DNA from: Chiloscyllium plagiosum
Lineage: Eukaryota
DNA length: 64,000 bases
Direction of reading: 5' to 3'
NCBI RefSeq assembly: GCF_004010195.1
Contig: NC_057726.1
Location: 49,189,978-49,253,977, forward strand
The notes under the pieces were generated by a model, which worked only from the letters and a program-made list of their open reading frames with translations, had not been told where the DNA came from and did no database searches. Position numbers and translations under genes: made by a program. This document shows, in pieces, positions 1-13,310 of this stretch (positions within the stretch are counted from its first letter, which is position 1; each line of letters opens with the position of its first letter).

Positions 1-37
1 CTGCTCCGTGTGTTTCAGATAGGTCCCCATGTGGAGA

Positions 38-490
38 TGGTGCTGTTGTGGAAATATCACTGGATTACTAATCCAGACCAAGCTAATTCTCTGGCAGGCG
101 GTGGAAGTTATAATTAATAAAATATCAAGACGTAAAACCTGGAGTCATTAACAGTGACCTTGAAGCCAATGTCGATTGTAAACACTAATTTCCTTCCTCA
201 ATATACTTTCAGGAATTGAATCTCGGGTGCTTTCCTGGTCTGGCCTAAAAGTGAATCCAGACACACAGATATGTGGAAAACTCTTCAATGGTCTCAGAAA
301 CGGCCAAGCAAGACTCTCTATTGTATCAAACTGCTCCGAAGCCTTAAAGGATAAAGCTGTACAGATCACCCGGCACCAGCCTCAGTAGTGGAACGGGAAA
401 CACTATCCTATTGACCCTGCAGAGAGCTCCTTCCTAACATCTGAGAGCTGGTGGCAATATTTACAGAGTTTTCCCACAGACTGCACAGAA
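38..490 (+). mobile_element. Decayed SINE/LINE-derived dispersed repeat
   Basis: Shares motifs (CACTGGATTACTAATCCAGA; TGTCGATTGT; TGGTCTGGCCTA...CCAGAC) with 18030-18200 and 18790-19050. Confidence 0.55.
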
Positions 491-628
491 ACTTCGGGAA
501 AGGAGTAGGTCATTCAATACACTGAGCATCCCCCATTCTAGTTCATGGTGAAAATCTCCTCAATTCAGTTTTCAACACACATATCCTTTAGCATGTTTAA
601 TCATCGGAACACATAAAATATGAACTAC

Positions 629-1080
629 TTTTTACCAGGATGTTGCCTGGTATGGTAGGAAGATCGTATGAGGAAAGATCGTATGAGTTGGGGTTGTTTT
701 CATTGGAGAAAAGAAGGTTTAGGGGTGACTTGATAGAGGTGTATAAGATGATTAGGGGTTTAGATAGGGTCGACAGTGAGAATCTATTTCCTCGTATGGA
801 GTCCGCTATTACAAGGGGGCATAGCTTTAAATTAAGGGGGTAGGTCTTGGACAGATGTTAGGGGTAGGTTCTTTACTCAGCGAGTCGTGAGTTCATGGAA
901 TGCCCTGCCAGTAGCAGTGGTGGACTCTCCCTCAGTATGGGCATTTAAGCGGGCATTGAATAGGCATATGGAGGATAGTGGGCTAGTGTAGGTTAGGTGG
1001 GCTTGGATCGGCGCAACATCGAGGGCCGAAGGGCCTGTACTGCGCTGTATTCTTCTATGTTCTATGTTCTATGTTCTATA
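629..1080 (+). mobile_element. CR1-type LINE 3' fragment
   Basis: ORF 640-843 (LGLFSLEKRRFRGDLIEVYKMIRGLDRVD) is CR1 ORF2 C-terminal sequence; ends in a (TTCTATG)n tail. Confidence 0.9.
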
Positions 1081-2654
1081 TTTTCAATTTTCCAGTACAC
1101 TCTGGGACTGCCATTTAGTTGTATACACGTGCTTATAATCTCTCAGTTCAGAACAGCATTCTCTCTCTTAAAGGTACAGTACATGCCTTCAATTTCATAA
1201 CAATATGTTCATCGATTTTATATCTCCATCTGTTTCAGAATTGAGCATTCTTTCAGTGCAGCAGGGTGTTCACTGATCACAAGTTTGGAATTATTTGCAT
1301 GTTTTTTGATAGGTTCTTCAGTCTTTACTATCAAACAGTGGGGGAGTTGATTTGGCACAGTAAGAATTTGAGGTCTGTCACAGGATATCTTTAGCAACCC
1401 AAGTATCTGGGAAAACTGAATCTTCAAGTTGTTTCTAAACTCTGGTGCACACATCTATGTAGCCAGTGCTCAGCAGGCTTTCTATATTTAAAATATTTCC
1501 TTCCCCACTATAGAAATACTTTATGTTACGGCAGTTCAGATGTTATTTTGCATTCCAGTGTTTCACAAACATTGTGCCTTCGGAAACGCGACCCCACATA
1601 TTCCTTCGATGAGTGGACCATAGCTGGCTTTGACAGAACAAATGCGCACAGTGTGATGTCCTGCGAGAGATCTGAGCATCAAAACTACATTATCATTTAA
1701 TAAGGTCCAAATGTTTATTACTGGAAGACAGCTAAATTTTCCTTCACAATCTCTTCCTATGAAGTGAAATTTTATTAACCACTGCATAGTTTCTGTCCAA
1801 AATGTAGCTCTTTCAAAATCAGTAGACTGCACTCTATATTTGGAAGCTAAAAAGACTGAGCTTATAAGGCTTGCCTTTCATCAGAAAATACCTTGGGCAG
1901 TTTTAACAAAAGTAATTGAGTCATGGTTTCTTGGATCACTCACTGGTTAAACATTTACTAAAAAGAGACATGAAGTCACTACCAAAATAAGTGCATATAT
2001 AGAGGCATGGTAATGGCTAGGTATCTTCAATAAAACCTAGTGCATAGGCAGGGATTTCATGGATGTGAAGTTAGTAATCTGGCTATTGACTAATCAGCAA
2101 GAACATTGCCAGAAACCTCTGGTAGAGAAAACGTGATGATTTTCATATTTCAGAAATAAATGAAAGACAAAGAAAAAATGTTAAGATCGTATGTGGAGTG
2201 AAGTGCAGCTCCAGAATGACATCTGTAAGAGACAATGAATACATCTTGTGCTCAAGGCAGCAGAATTAGTATTTTTGTTAAAAACATCAAAACACTCTCA
2301 CTTTCTGATTCTGTCTAGCATAATGTCTGCATAGAAATAAAAAAAGTTAATTTTAAACAACTTTTTGTGTACACAAGTAGTAATTCTCATTTTAACATTT
2401 TCTTCTTCACACCTCATTCTACACTTGGTTCATTAAAGTGTACATTGACACACCCAAACTCTGTAGTGTAATTCTGATCTACAAGACTATTCAAAGACTG
2501 TGTCTAAAATATACTGAGAAATATAGTTTTGTTTTTCCATTTTACTCGCAAAGGTTTGTGGCAAACTTAGAATTGAAAAAGTAGACAACTAATAAAATAC
2601 GCATCTTGTGATACAAATTATTTTGAGCTGTAATCATTTTTCTTCCCCTCTTAG

Positions 2655-2801
2655 TCTCCCAATATGGGAACCCTCATGGGAGTGTACTTACCTTGCCTAC
2701 AGAATATCTTTGGAGTGATTCTGTTTCTACGTTTGACATGGCTCGTTGGAATTGCAGGGATCTTGCAGTCTTTCTGTATTGTCTTCATGTGTTGCTGTTG
2801 T
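2655..2801 (+). CDS. slc12a4: K-Cl cotransporter KCC1, coding exon (~exon 4; TM1-TM2)
   Basis: TTAG|...|GTAAGT; 147 nt; encodes [55 protein letters not shown] is the KCC1-type variant. Confidence 0.95.
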
Positions 2802-4369
2802 GTAAGTATCTGATGTCTGTTCTGCATTGCAATGACCTAGTCAGAACCATGCTGATAATTGTGAAAATAGAACTAAATTACCTAAGTTCTTCATTTCTAT
2901 ATCTACATAAAAATAAAAATTACATTATGCTGCCATATACAAAAAGTAGCTTTAATGTACTTGCACTTTCCCAATTTTGTAGTTATTCTTAGTTAATTGT
3001 CCAAAAAAAAGTGTTTAATAATTCTGGATATACAGTATTACAGTCTTTATTTAATTGGTGTATGTGTGATGTTAATCAGATTTTTCTGTTTTTGCTTAAT
3101 GCTGTATTATATTAAAGGCCTAAAAGTATTCATGATATTGTATTGCAAAGCTCTTCTAGCTTTGAGTTTGTTTACTGGCTTGATTCACAAATAGCAAAAG
3201 TATTCAGTTGACTTTAAGAATTGCATATGTATGACATATGTCAGCAGCAATTTATACAGCCCAGGAGTTCTCAAGATTAGGTCTGTTGTATGCTAGGTTA
3301 ATCTCAAATGGGATACCAATGGAGGGGGGCGGTGGTGGAATCTACACTCAGCAGTTCTAGACTAGAGAACAGTAAGAGTGAGGAAAGCAGTTTCCTATGA
3401 TTGTAGGCTATCAGCTACTTTTACTGTTGTTTCCTGCTGCAAAAAAATTGAATTGTTCATTTATTTTACCATTTTAAAATACTCTTGAGAGTCTCCTTCT
3501 CCCTGAACTTTCCTTAAAGTACAAATGCTATACTCCAAAAATACAACTGACCTTAGTTTTATCATGATTCTGCATAGAACAGCCGCACATGTACACGCCA
3601 CATGTACACAGTTGTGTGTGCAACAGACTGAGTAGTCAGGGAGGCAGAGTGAGTGGTTGGCATCATTGTGTTTGTTGCCTGTATTTTCTTAACCTAGCAG
3701 CAGAATTACAAACCCATGAAATGCATCAACAATGGAAATGCAGGAAGTTTGTACAAGGACACCACTAAATTAGCAGCAAAGTTAAACTGTATTGTGGTTC
3801 CTTCCTACAATTTCAGTTATCGTTTATCTACCAAGAGCTTGCTTATTTAGTATATAGTTGTGGTTAGCTATAGCAGTCTTTCCTCCTTAGATTAAAATTT
3901 TGATTGTAAAATAATGCATTTAACAAATAAATTGGTGCTCACTTAAGTGCATCCCTTATTTAGATCTAAACCTTTTTAGAAGCCTAGTTCTCTTGCTGTG
4001 AATTCATTTGCTGGCTGGTCTGGTTTAATGAACACTGTTTGCATGCAAAAGTTTTTAAAACTCTGGTCATTCATTAATCAAAGTATCCACGCAGTATGCC
4101 TAACTACCAAGCTCTCTCCCATTTCTGGGCTGAACTATTTAACTATGTCTCTCATTCCTCTGTGACCCTCAGCACTTTCACTCCCTTTGCTGACCAGATT
4201 CCTGTTTAATCTGTTAAACTACTTCTGCTTGATGCATGGAACCTAAATTCAATTGAGTTGGATCACCACACTATCAAATCTGGTTTTATTGTATCTTTTG
4301 CTACCACATGACCTCCCAAAGCACTTTAATGCAAATGAAATACTTTTGAAATACAGATCCATTTTCTTC

Positions 4370-5120
4370 GGTTCACTCATAGGGCATGGGTGTTGGCTGG
4401 CCAGGATTTATTACCCACCCCTAGTAGCCCTTGAAGGTCGTGGTGAGCTGACTTCCTGAACTGCTGCAATCCACATGCTGTAGGTCCACCCACAATGCTG
4501 TTGGGGAAGGATATACAGGACTTTGACCTGACTATAGGGAAGAAACTGTGAAATATTTCCAAGTCAGGGTGGGGAGTGACTTGGAGGCCAACTTGTAGCT
4601 GGTGGTGTTTCCAGGTGTCTGCTGCCTTAGTCCTCCTAGATGGAAGTGGTATGGATTTATAAAGGTGCCGTTTAAGGATCTTTGGTAAATTTCTACAGTG
4701 GATATTTTAGATAGTACACAGTGCTGCTGCTGAGCGTCCGCGGTGGATGAAGTGGATGCTTGTGGATGTGGCACCAATCAAGTGGGCTATTTTGTCCTGG
4801 ATGGTATCAAGCTGCTTAAGCGGTGTTGGAATGCATCCATCCAAGCAAGTGGGGATTATTACACCACACTCGTGACTTGACCTTTGTGCGCAATGGACAG
4901 GCTTTGGGGAGTTAAGAGGTGAGCTACTCACCACAGTATTCCTAGCCTCTGGCGAGGATATGTGGCGAGTTCAGTTGAGGTTCTGGCCAATCGTAGCCCC
5001 CAGGATGTTGGTGGTGGTTCAGTGGTGGTAACATCATTGAATGTCAAGGAACAGTGGTTAAATTGTTTCTTACTGGAGATGGTCATTGTCTGGCATTTAT
5101 GTGGTGTGAATGTTACCATT
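4370..5120 (-). mobile_element. Non-LTR retrotransposon (CR1/L2 group) 3' fragment
   Basis: Minus-strand remnants VTFTPHKCQTMTIS and LKQLDTIQDKIAHLIG; related decayed copies near 15170-15670, 38650-39260, 45615-46190 and 58490-59290. Confidence 0.75.
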
Positions 5121-5499
5121 GGTCAGCTCAAGCCTGAATATGTCACTTGTAATCTAGGAATGATGTATTTCCTGCCAATGCACTTGAGCAGGAGGTTGGT
5201 GCCATTGACATCAACATCATGTCTGCATCTCAATGGAACCAGACCAGAAGTATGCACCCTTTGTTGCTGCCTCTCCCTCATGCCCCATCTTCCACTCTTG
5301 TCACTGTCCTTGTTTTCCACTCCCTTTGCTACTTCATTTTGCTGGCCCTACAAGGTACATTACAGCATTTGCAGCTAAACTTTTTGACTCCCACATTTTT
5401 AACATTACTAAAGCATACAGAATATTGTTGGATCGCTTGTATCAACATCTTTAATGATGCAAATTTTGAGAGTGAACAGTTGTGAACTTTTCCTACAGG

Positions 5500-5930
5500 T
5501 TGTTATTGCAAATGTTTCTAATGGAATGTAATGATGGCTCACAGACTGCAACTGTGTATGCAAAGAATATGCCCCAATGGGCAGCAACTAGTGTTCCAGA
5601 AATGCAGCATTATCAGTTTGTGCATTTCCAGCTCCTCCAATCGGCCATGTGATATGAAATGTGATTTGAAGGATCAATATTAACCAGAATACCAGGAGTG
5701 AACTTCTCTAACTTTTATTCTAAGTAACAACATGGGATCTTTTGCACCCAGTTGAGAGAGCAGATGGGAGTTTGAAGCCTTACCTTTTAAAAAGGGCACC
5801 ACAAATCTCAGTGTACAGTCAGTTCTGCACCAGAGTGTCAGGTTTGGTTTTTGTGTTCATATCAGACAACCTAAGTCACTATCTTCTTGGATGAAAGTGC
5901 AATCAACAGAAACCCTGGCTGACATCTAAG
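5500..5930 (-). mobile_element. Old Deu-domain-like SINE (SacSINE1/AmnSINE1-like)
   Basis: Recognised by eye (CATGGGATCTTTT..CACC..GAGAG.GCAGA; CTGCAC..GAGTGTCAG; GGCTGACA end); related fragments near 23640-23830 (+) and 33360-33480 (-). Confidence 0.5.
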
Positions 5931-6340
5931 AACATTAATAGTGGATGGTGAGTTTGAGCCATCATCCTCTGGTACTTGTAATCCAATCCAAATGAGCACC
6001 AACCAAATAATGGATTTTCTGGTCCAGTTGCAATAACCTCTATTAACACATATGAAAGGATTTCTACACTAGCAAGATTTTAAAGTGAATGAGCAAAAAT
6101 TATGTTGAATGCGACACTGACTAATGTCGCACATCTTATCTTGTCTTTATGGGATTTCCTTGAATGAACAATTTATTACCGTATATATCAGTGAAAAGTG
6201 TTTTGTCACCACAATCCAGCACTATCTTGAGGTACAATAAAGATAAAAAGAAATTTCTTAAATAAGAGTTTGTCATTTTTTCAAATTGGGGTCTCGAGCA
6301 TAGTTTTAGGGCTTCAGCAAAGTCTTTAAGGTTTTCCAGA

Positions 6341-6560
6341 AGCCAAGGAGTCCCACTCCAGGAACAGCAAGAATGACGTCAATGCTCCAGGAGACCTCTG
6401 CTCTCCTGGCATCCGACACTGCCATGAGTCCAAGCTCCAGGCTTCTGTTGCCAGGAGTTCCCACTCTGAGCACCACCACTGCCAGGAATCCAAGTTTTGA
6501 GTCTACCACCACCAAGAATCCAGGCTCTGGACACCACCAGGAGTCTTGATCCATGCCACC
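6341..6560. repeat. Degenerate ~25-30 bp minisatellite
   Basis: Recurrent CAC(T/C)(G/A)CCA(G/A)GA(G/A)TCC..GCTC unit, about 6 copies. Confidence 0.6.
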
Positions 6561-7142
6561 AACGCTGTAGCCACCACCCTGCAACACCACTTCAGCCTCT
6601 AAGATGAAGAAAGCAAGAAGAAAAGAAAAACAATGGAAAGAACATAGAGAAAACAATGCTGCCAACCTGGGTCGGATGGGTTCCAACAAGCCCAAATGCT
6701 AACTACCATGCCGGTGCCACCTTGGATCTTATTCCTGAGTGCAGACTTGGATTTCAAAGTTTCGCTTTTGATTTAATGATCCAAGGTTGCTGCAAGTACT
6801 AGGCCTAGATTTTCAGAACCATTTGCTCAGTAACTCCCTATAATGTGTTTGTGGGTTTGACTGTCTCAGAGTTTTGAAATTAATGGAAAAGCGATTGAAT
6901 GCACAGATCCCCATGATTCATATGTTAAGTAGAAAAATTGGGGTTTCAAATTTCAAAGTGGCAATTATTTGATGCCATCAGCTGGTAAAGCAGGAAACTA
7001 CTTATTGCTTAAATATATAGACATGCGAATATTTTCAAACAATGTAAATTTGAGCTTTTTTTGAATATCAAGTAGAGTTTCAAGATGGAATGCTTGGGAA
7101 TAAAAAGACATGTACCAATCTTTTGGATCTTATATTTTTCAG

Positions 7143-7197
7143 ACTATGTTAACAGCCATATCGATGAGTGCCATAGCAACAAATGGTGTTGTACCAG
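7143..7197 (+). CDS. slc12a4: KCC1 coding exon (~exon 5)
   Basis: TTTCAG|...|GTAAAA; 55 nt; TMLTAISMSAIATNGVVP(A). Confidence 0.95.
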
Positions 7198-7460
7198 GTA
7201 AAAGAAACTTTTGAAATGTATCTAGGGAAATAAATGGTCCATATTGTCAATGCATGGTCTTAATTTTTGCTGTAGCTGTTTTTTGAACCACATTGTGAAG
7301 AGAAAGGGCAGAATTTATTTTAGCCACACACATTTATGTATTTGACACTACTGAGTAGTGATTATTTTTGTGACTGTTTTAGTAGAAGATTTGTTTTGAC
7401 ATAAATACCATAGGAGAATATGTAACAGGAAAGCCATCCATTCTATGATCCATCTCTTAG

Positions 7461-7697
<237 letters not shown>

Positions 7698-8129
7698 TAA
7701 GGCTTTAAATATTAGTTTTAACATAAATTGTCAGACTAAAAGACCTACAGGTGCTGTTTCACAAAGGAGGAATGCACAAAATATGATTATACTGTTTTTA
7801 TTCTCCTTCTGCTATATAATTGGTAAAACCCAAATCACTTTTGCTACAAATCAAGTTTATTTCCGCATTCTCCACTTGAACTTCTCTGAATGTTAAAGTT
7901 GAAATTTCAATGAAGTCTTTTCACAAAGGTCAATACATTTCAGACTTGTCAGGTTATGTGTGCAGCCCTTCCAGCTATGAATGTTCAGTGACTTATGTTA
8001 GAGTGAGACTTTGTGCTATCAAAAATGTATCTATGCTTTAAATAAACATTTGTATATTAACCACTGTTGTGTAGTCATGCCCAGTAGACATTTTCCCTTT
8101 GAAGTAACATGATGACAAAAGACCAACTG

Positions 8130-8390
8130 GAGCACTGGCTCCAGCCTTGATCATTCACAGCTCCTAATCTCCCTATAATTTCTCTACGCACTGTCATTAT
8201 CACCTCATTATTGCTACCTTTGCTTCTGGAGCCATGACTCACCTTCTCTCAGCCTAGTATAAATATCTCCCTTTTTTTAGCTTTGACAAAGAGTAAGTTA
8301 GACTCGCAGCGTCAGCTCTTTTCTCTCCTTACAGATGCTGCCAGACCTGCTGAGATTTTCCAGCATTTTCTCTTTTAATTTGTTTTTGGT
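8130..8390 (+). mobile_element. Penelope-like pseudo-LTR fragment with hammerhead-like core
   Basis: AGCT-TTGACAA-A-GAGT(AAGTTAG)ACTC-GCAG-CG-TC-AGCT at 8279-8317, followed by CAGATGCTGCCAGACCTGCTGAG. Confidence 0.65.
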
Positions 8391-8979
8391 ATTGTTAATT
8401 GAGCAGGCAGTATTTAGTTGTCGTTCCAGAATTTCAAGCTGTTCGCAAAGTGCTCTGAGATTATGGCACAATTGAATTTCCCAGGATCTGGACATGGGAT
8501 TAATAATTTTGTCTGAATAATAACACCTCAATCAACCCAACACTACTTTAGCTGTTCACTTTTATGTAAAAAGTTCATCTCAGAATTTTCACATTAAAAA
8601 TTTACCTTTTTTGACCAGAATTTAGTTCCAGCTAATAAATGATTTTGTAGTTGTGCAGGGTATAGTATTAGATGTCCAATTAAAAGCCATTACCAACTAA
8701 AATTTGGCCTCAGCAGGGCCCCTCATGAGCCCAATTTTGCTGGGTGATTGGGAGAATAATAGAATTCCTGTCCTATTGTTTCTCAGGAGGGATATTGATG
8801 ATGAAAATAATAGTAGCTAAGTTTGAACCATGTGTGCTATATCTAGCCTCTGTGGAAGGGCTAACATTTAAGAATCATGCACACTTAATGATTTGTTTTA
8901 ATTCCAGACATGTTTAATTAAATTTAATTTTTGCCATCTATTGTCATGGGATTTGAACCCTTGTCCTCGGAATATTTCG

Positions 8980-9127
8980 AAAACAGAATTGCTAGAGAAA
9001 CTCAGCAGATCTGACAGCATCTGAGGAGAGAAAGTAGAGTTAACATTTCAGTCCAGTGACTCATCTGATGCTGCCAGATCTGAATTTCTCCAGTAATTTC
9101 TGCTTTTGATTAAGATTTCCAGCATTC
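8980..9127. mobile_element. Fold-back Penelope-like repeat (family 3)
   Basis: CAGCAGATCTGACAGCATC ... GATGCTGCCAGATCTG inverted arms. Confidence 0.65.
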
Positions 9128-9818
9128 AGCTCCTCTGTGGGTGATTGTGGGTTGGTTGGTTGGTTGAAGGCAGGTAGAGAGCTGTTTTGTTCTGCACTAC
9201 TAGCATCTTTTTCTAAAATAAGTTGGTTAAAAGGAAAACATAAATGCCTAAGTGTAGACCTTTCTTCCTGCTTGCACAATCCTGTTCCTTCTCCAAATAA
9301 AGAAAAGGAACAGTGTCTGAAAATATTAAACCCCAACTCCCCAGCATGCTAATAGAGAACAGGATATTAGTTGTCCCCATTGATGTTAACCCGAGACTGA
9401 AATGTGTCAAATTTTATTGTGTTTAAGTTTGATCTACCGCTGGTTTCTTGGATTCAATTGTATTTGATTTTACTTGGATATACAGGGTATGAAGTACATT
9501 TGGTTTCTGTTCATAGATCACTGTGCCTGACACGGCGATTATAAATACTATGGTACCTGCCTGTAATCGTCTGTTGCTGTCTCACAAACAAGAAATTGGT
9601 GTTAGCATAACGATGCCATTTCCAACTGCACTGTGGATTTTTTTAATGAGGTAGATCCAGAAACACAGGAAATTCTCAGTAGATTCTTCCCTTCATAATG
9701 AATCAAGAATCTGTGTTCTGTGAAAATGGAAAGGAAGCCTTAGTTTCTCTATACTGCTGATTGATTTTCTAAACCTGTTTGTTGTCATACAGTCATAGAC
9801 ATTTTGGTCCCTCCAAGC

Positions 9819-11670
9819 TTTCCCTTGCTTAACGCTGAGGAGGCAAGGATCAGACAGAGCTCTAGAGGGTTACAAGGTGGCTAGGAAGGAACTGAAGAGC
9901 TAGAAGGGGTTATGAAAAAGCTTTAGCAGGGAGGATTAAGGGAAAACCTAAGGTATTCTGTACTTTGGCCATCTTCTTGCTCCTCACCTGAGTCGGGTGG
10001 GACCGATCAGGGATAGTGCAGGGAACATTTGCCTGGAGTCAGAGGAAGTAGGGGATGTCCTAAATGAATAGTTTGCTTCAGTATTCACAACTGAGAGGGA
10101 GCTTGTCGTTTGTGAGGACAGTGTGAAACAGCTGATATGCTCGAACAGAAGGAGAATGTAGTGAAAATTTTGAAAAACATGAGGATAGATAAGTCTCCTG
10201 GGCCAGATGGGATATACTGAAGGTTTCCAGTAGTAACGAAGAAAGAGATTGCTGCATCTTTGGCGATGATCTTTGCATCCTCACTATCCACTGGAGTAGT
10301 GCCAGATAATTGGAGGGTGGCAAATGCTATTCCTCTGTTCAAGAACGAGAACAGTGAAAACCCTGGGAATTACAGACGAGTCAGTCTTGTGTTTATGGTA
10401 GGCACATTATTGGAGAGGATTCTGAGAAGCAGGATTTATGATTACTTAGAAAACCATAGTTTGATTAGAGATAGTCAGTCAGTATGGCTTTGTGAGGGGC
10501 ACATCATGCCTCATAAGGCTTATTGAATACATTGAGGATGTGACAAAACAAATTGAAGGTAGAGCAGTGATGTGGTGTACATGAATTTTAGCAAGGCATT
10601 TGATAAGGTTCCCCATGGTAGGCTCATTCAGAAAGTAAGGAGGCATGGGATACAGTGAAATTTGGCTGTCTGGATACAGACTTGGTCTGACCCATAGAAG
10701 ACAGAAGGTGGTAGTAGATGGAAAGTATTCAGCCTGGTGCTCGCTGACCACGGGGATCTGCTCTGTGATTTTTAAATGACTTGGATGAGGAAGTGGAAGG
10801 GTGGGTTAGTACGTTTGATGGCACGAAGGTTGATGGAGTGGTGGATAATGTGAAATGCTGTTATACGTTGTAACAGGACGTCTGGGCTGATAAATGGCGA
10901 ATGAAGTTCAATCTGGAGAAATGCGAAGTGGTTCATTTTGGAAGGTTAAATTTGAATGCAGACTACAGGGTTAAAGGCAGGATTCTTGGCAGTGTGGAGG
11001 AACAGAGGGGTCTTAGGATCTATGTCCATAGATCCCTCAAATTTTCCACCAAGTTGATAGAGTTGTTAAGAAGGCGAACAGTGTGTTGGCTTTCATTAGC
11101 AGGGGGATTAAGTTTAAGAACAGTGATGTTATGCTGCAGCTAAATAGAGCCATGGTTAGACAACACTTGGAATATTGTGTTCAGTTCTGGTCACCTCATT
11201 ATAAGAAGGATGTGAAACCTTTAGAGATTGTGCAGAACAGATTTACCAGGATGCTGCCTGGACTGGAGGACATGTGTTAATAAAAGTTTGACGGAGCTAG
11301 GGCTTTTTTCATTGGAGCAAAGAAGGAGGTGACCTGATAGAGGTGTACAAGATGATGAGAATCAGAGATAGAGTGGGTAGTCAGAGACTTTTTCCCTAGG
11401 CAGAAATAGTTATCACAAGGGGACATAATTTTAAGGTGATTAAAGAAAGGTTTGGGGAGATGTCAGAAGTTGGTTCTTTATACAGAGTAGTGGGTGCATG
11501 GAAAGCACTGCCAGTGGTGGTAGTACAGTCAAATATGTTACGGACATTTAAGTGACTCTTGGATAGGCACATGGATGATAGTAAAACGTAGGCTATGTAG
11601 ATTAATTTGGTCTTAGGATAGGATAAAAGGTCTGAAGGGCCTGTACTGTGATGTACTGTTCCATGTTCTG
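9819..11670 (+). mobile_element. CR1-type LINE, ~1.9 kb decayed ORF2
   Basis: GVVPDNWRVANAIPLFK..ENPGNYR, MKFNLEKCEVVHFGR, HLEYCVQFWSPHYKKD; many frameshifts. Confidence 0.92.
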
Positions 11671-11743
11671 CCTTTCCTAAGCCCCTGATAATTTTATACA
11701 TCTCGGCCATGTCCCCACCCAACATCTTCTCTAAGAAAAACAA

Positions 11744-11870
11744 GGAGGAAGTGAGGACCGCAGATGCCGGAGATCAGAGTCGAAGAGTGTGGTGCTGGAA
11801 AAGCACAGCAGGTCAGGCAGCATCCGAGGAGTAGGAGAAACGACATTTCAGGCATAAGTCCTTCATCACC
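11744..11870 (-). mobile_element. Penelope-like short repeat (family 1)
   Basis: GAAGTGAGGACCGCAGATGCCGGAGATCAGAG...; minus strand reads TGATGA-A-GGAC(TTAT)GCCT-GAAA-TG-TC; flanked by a repeated TAAGAAAAACA. Confidence 0.75.
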
Positions 11871-12407
11871 CACCACTCTCTTTAAGAAAAACAGTCTATT
11901 TTCATGACTGAAGTTCTCCAGCCTCGACAACATCCTGTAAATTTTCTGTGCATTCTCTCCAGTGCTATTACATTCCTTGTATCATGTAGATTCCAAAGAT
12001 ATACACAATATTCTAGTTGTGTCCTAACCAACACTTTATACAGTTCCAGCATAACTTCCCTGTTCTTTAACTCAATGCTTAAGCTATAAAGGCAAGTATA
12101 TCATATACCACCTTAACCATTTATCCACTTGTTCTGATACCTTTAAGGGACTGGTGTACATGCACACCAAGGTTTCTCTGATCCTGAATGCTTCCCATTC
12201 ATCATGTTTTCCCTTGCCTTGTTTGTCCTCTCCAAATGCATCACCTCCATTTGCTGCTGAACAGCCCATCTCCTCTCGGAATTTAAGGCTGTATATTCTT
12301 TACTATTTTCCACCTAACCACGAACTAGCTGATCAACCCACCTGTATTCAAGTCTGAATCATTTATATAAACTTTATATAAATCTGTATAAACTTTGTGA
12401 TACAGTA

Positions 12408-12655
12408 GTGAGCAGCATGGTAGTTAAGAAACCCAGGTTTGATTCCACCCTCTGTGTGGAGTTTGCACAGTCTCCCCAATTCTGCGTGGCTTCCCTCTCA
12501 CTGCTCCAGTTTCCTCCCACCGTCCAAAGATGTGCAGGCCATGTGGAAATGCAGGGTTACAGAGTTAGGATAGGGGGCTGGGTCTGGGTGGGTTGCTTTT
12601 TGTAGGGTCGGTGTGGATTCGATCAACCGAATGGCCTGTTTCCACACTGTAGGGT
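12408..12655 (+). mobile_element. HE1-like tRNA-derived SINE (degenerate)
   Basis: CCCAGGTTTGATTCC B-box-like motif, TGTGTGGAGTTTGCAC and GGCCTGTTTCCACACTGTAG tail. Confidence 0.8.
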
Positions 12656-12773
12656 TTTTTTTAAATTACAAGTACTAAGTTTCCATCTTAACTAATTAAT
12701 TATTCAATGTATTTGTCTTGTTCTGTTGTCTGTACTATTTATCTTCATTCCACTGGTTCACTTTATTTTGCAG

Positions 12774-13015
12774 GCCTACATTGTTCCTGCAGCAGCTATA
12801 TTTAAACCTGTTCAACCACATGAAGAAACCAGTGCTATGCTTCACAACATGAGAATCTATGGGACAATCTTCCTCTTGTTGATGTGTCTGGTTGTTTTCA
12901 TAGGTGTCAAATATGTTAATAAGTTTGCCTCTTTGTTTTTGGTATGTGTGATACTGTCCATCCTGTCCATTTACGTGGGGGTTATCAAATCAGCAGTTTA
13001 TCCTCCAGAATTTAA
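12774..13015 (+). CDS. slc12a4: KCC1 coding exon (~exon 7)
   Basis: TTGCAG|...|GTAAGT; 242 nt; [10 protein letters not shown]...NMRIYGT...[13 protein letters not shown] segment ([14 protein letters not shown])...YPPEF. Confidence 0.95.
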
Positions 13016-13310
13016 GTAAGTAACATTTCTCTTAATTGTTATTTTGATTAGAAATTTTAGACCTATCATAGCTGTGAAAAAATATTTAGAATGCTTGTAC
13101 TTAATTGCTACTGTAAGAATTTCTTTTACTTGGAGAATTAAAGCATGTAAGTATAGTATTCTGCAGCAGCCACTTTTGTCAGTTATTTTGATAGAATCTG
13201 ATGCTTATATTTAGAAATACAAGAAAGTCTGGTGTAAGGGTAAGTGGAGCTTTTCTAGTTTCTGAAGTATCAAGTAGAATTGCAGTAAATAGCTTAGTTT
13301 GTTTCAATCC

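Noticed and set aside
3265..3410. Possible LF-SINE-like relic
   Set aside because: Resemblance is too weak to support without a profile search.
6306..6695. 129-aa minus-strand ORF as a gene
   Set aside because: Explained by a GC-rich degenerate minisatellite; no recognisable domain or splice structure.
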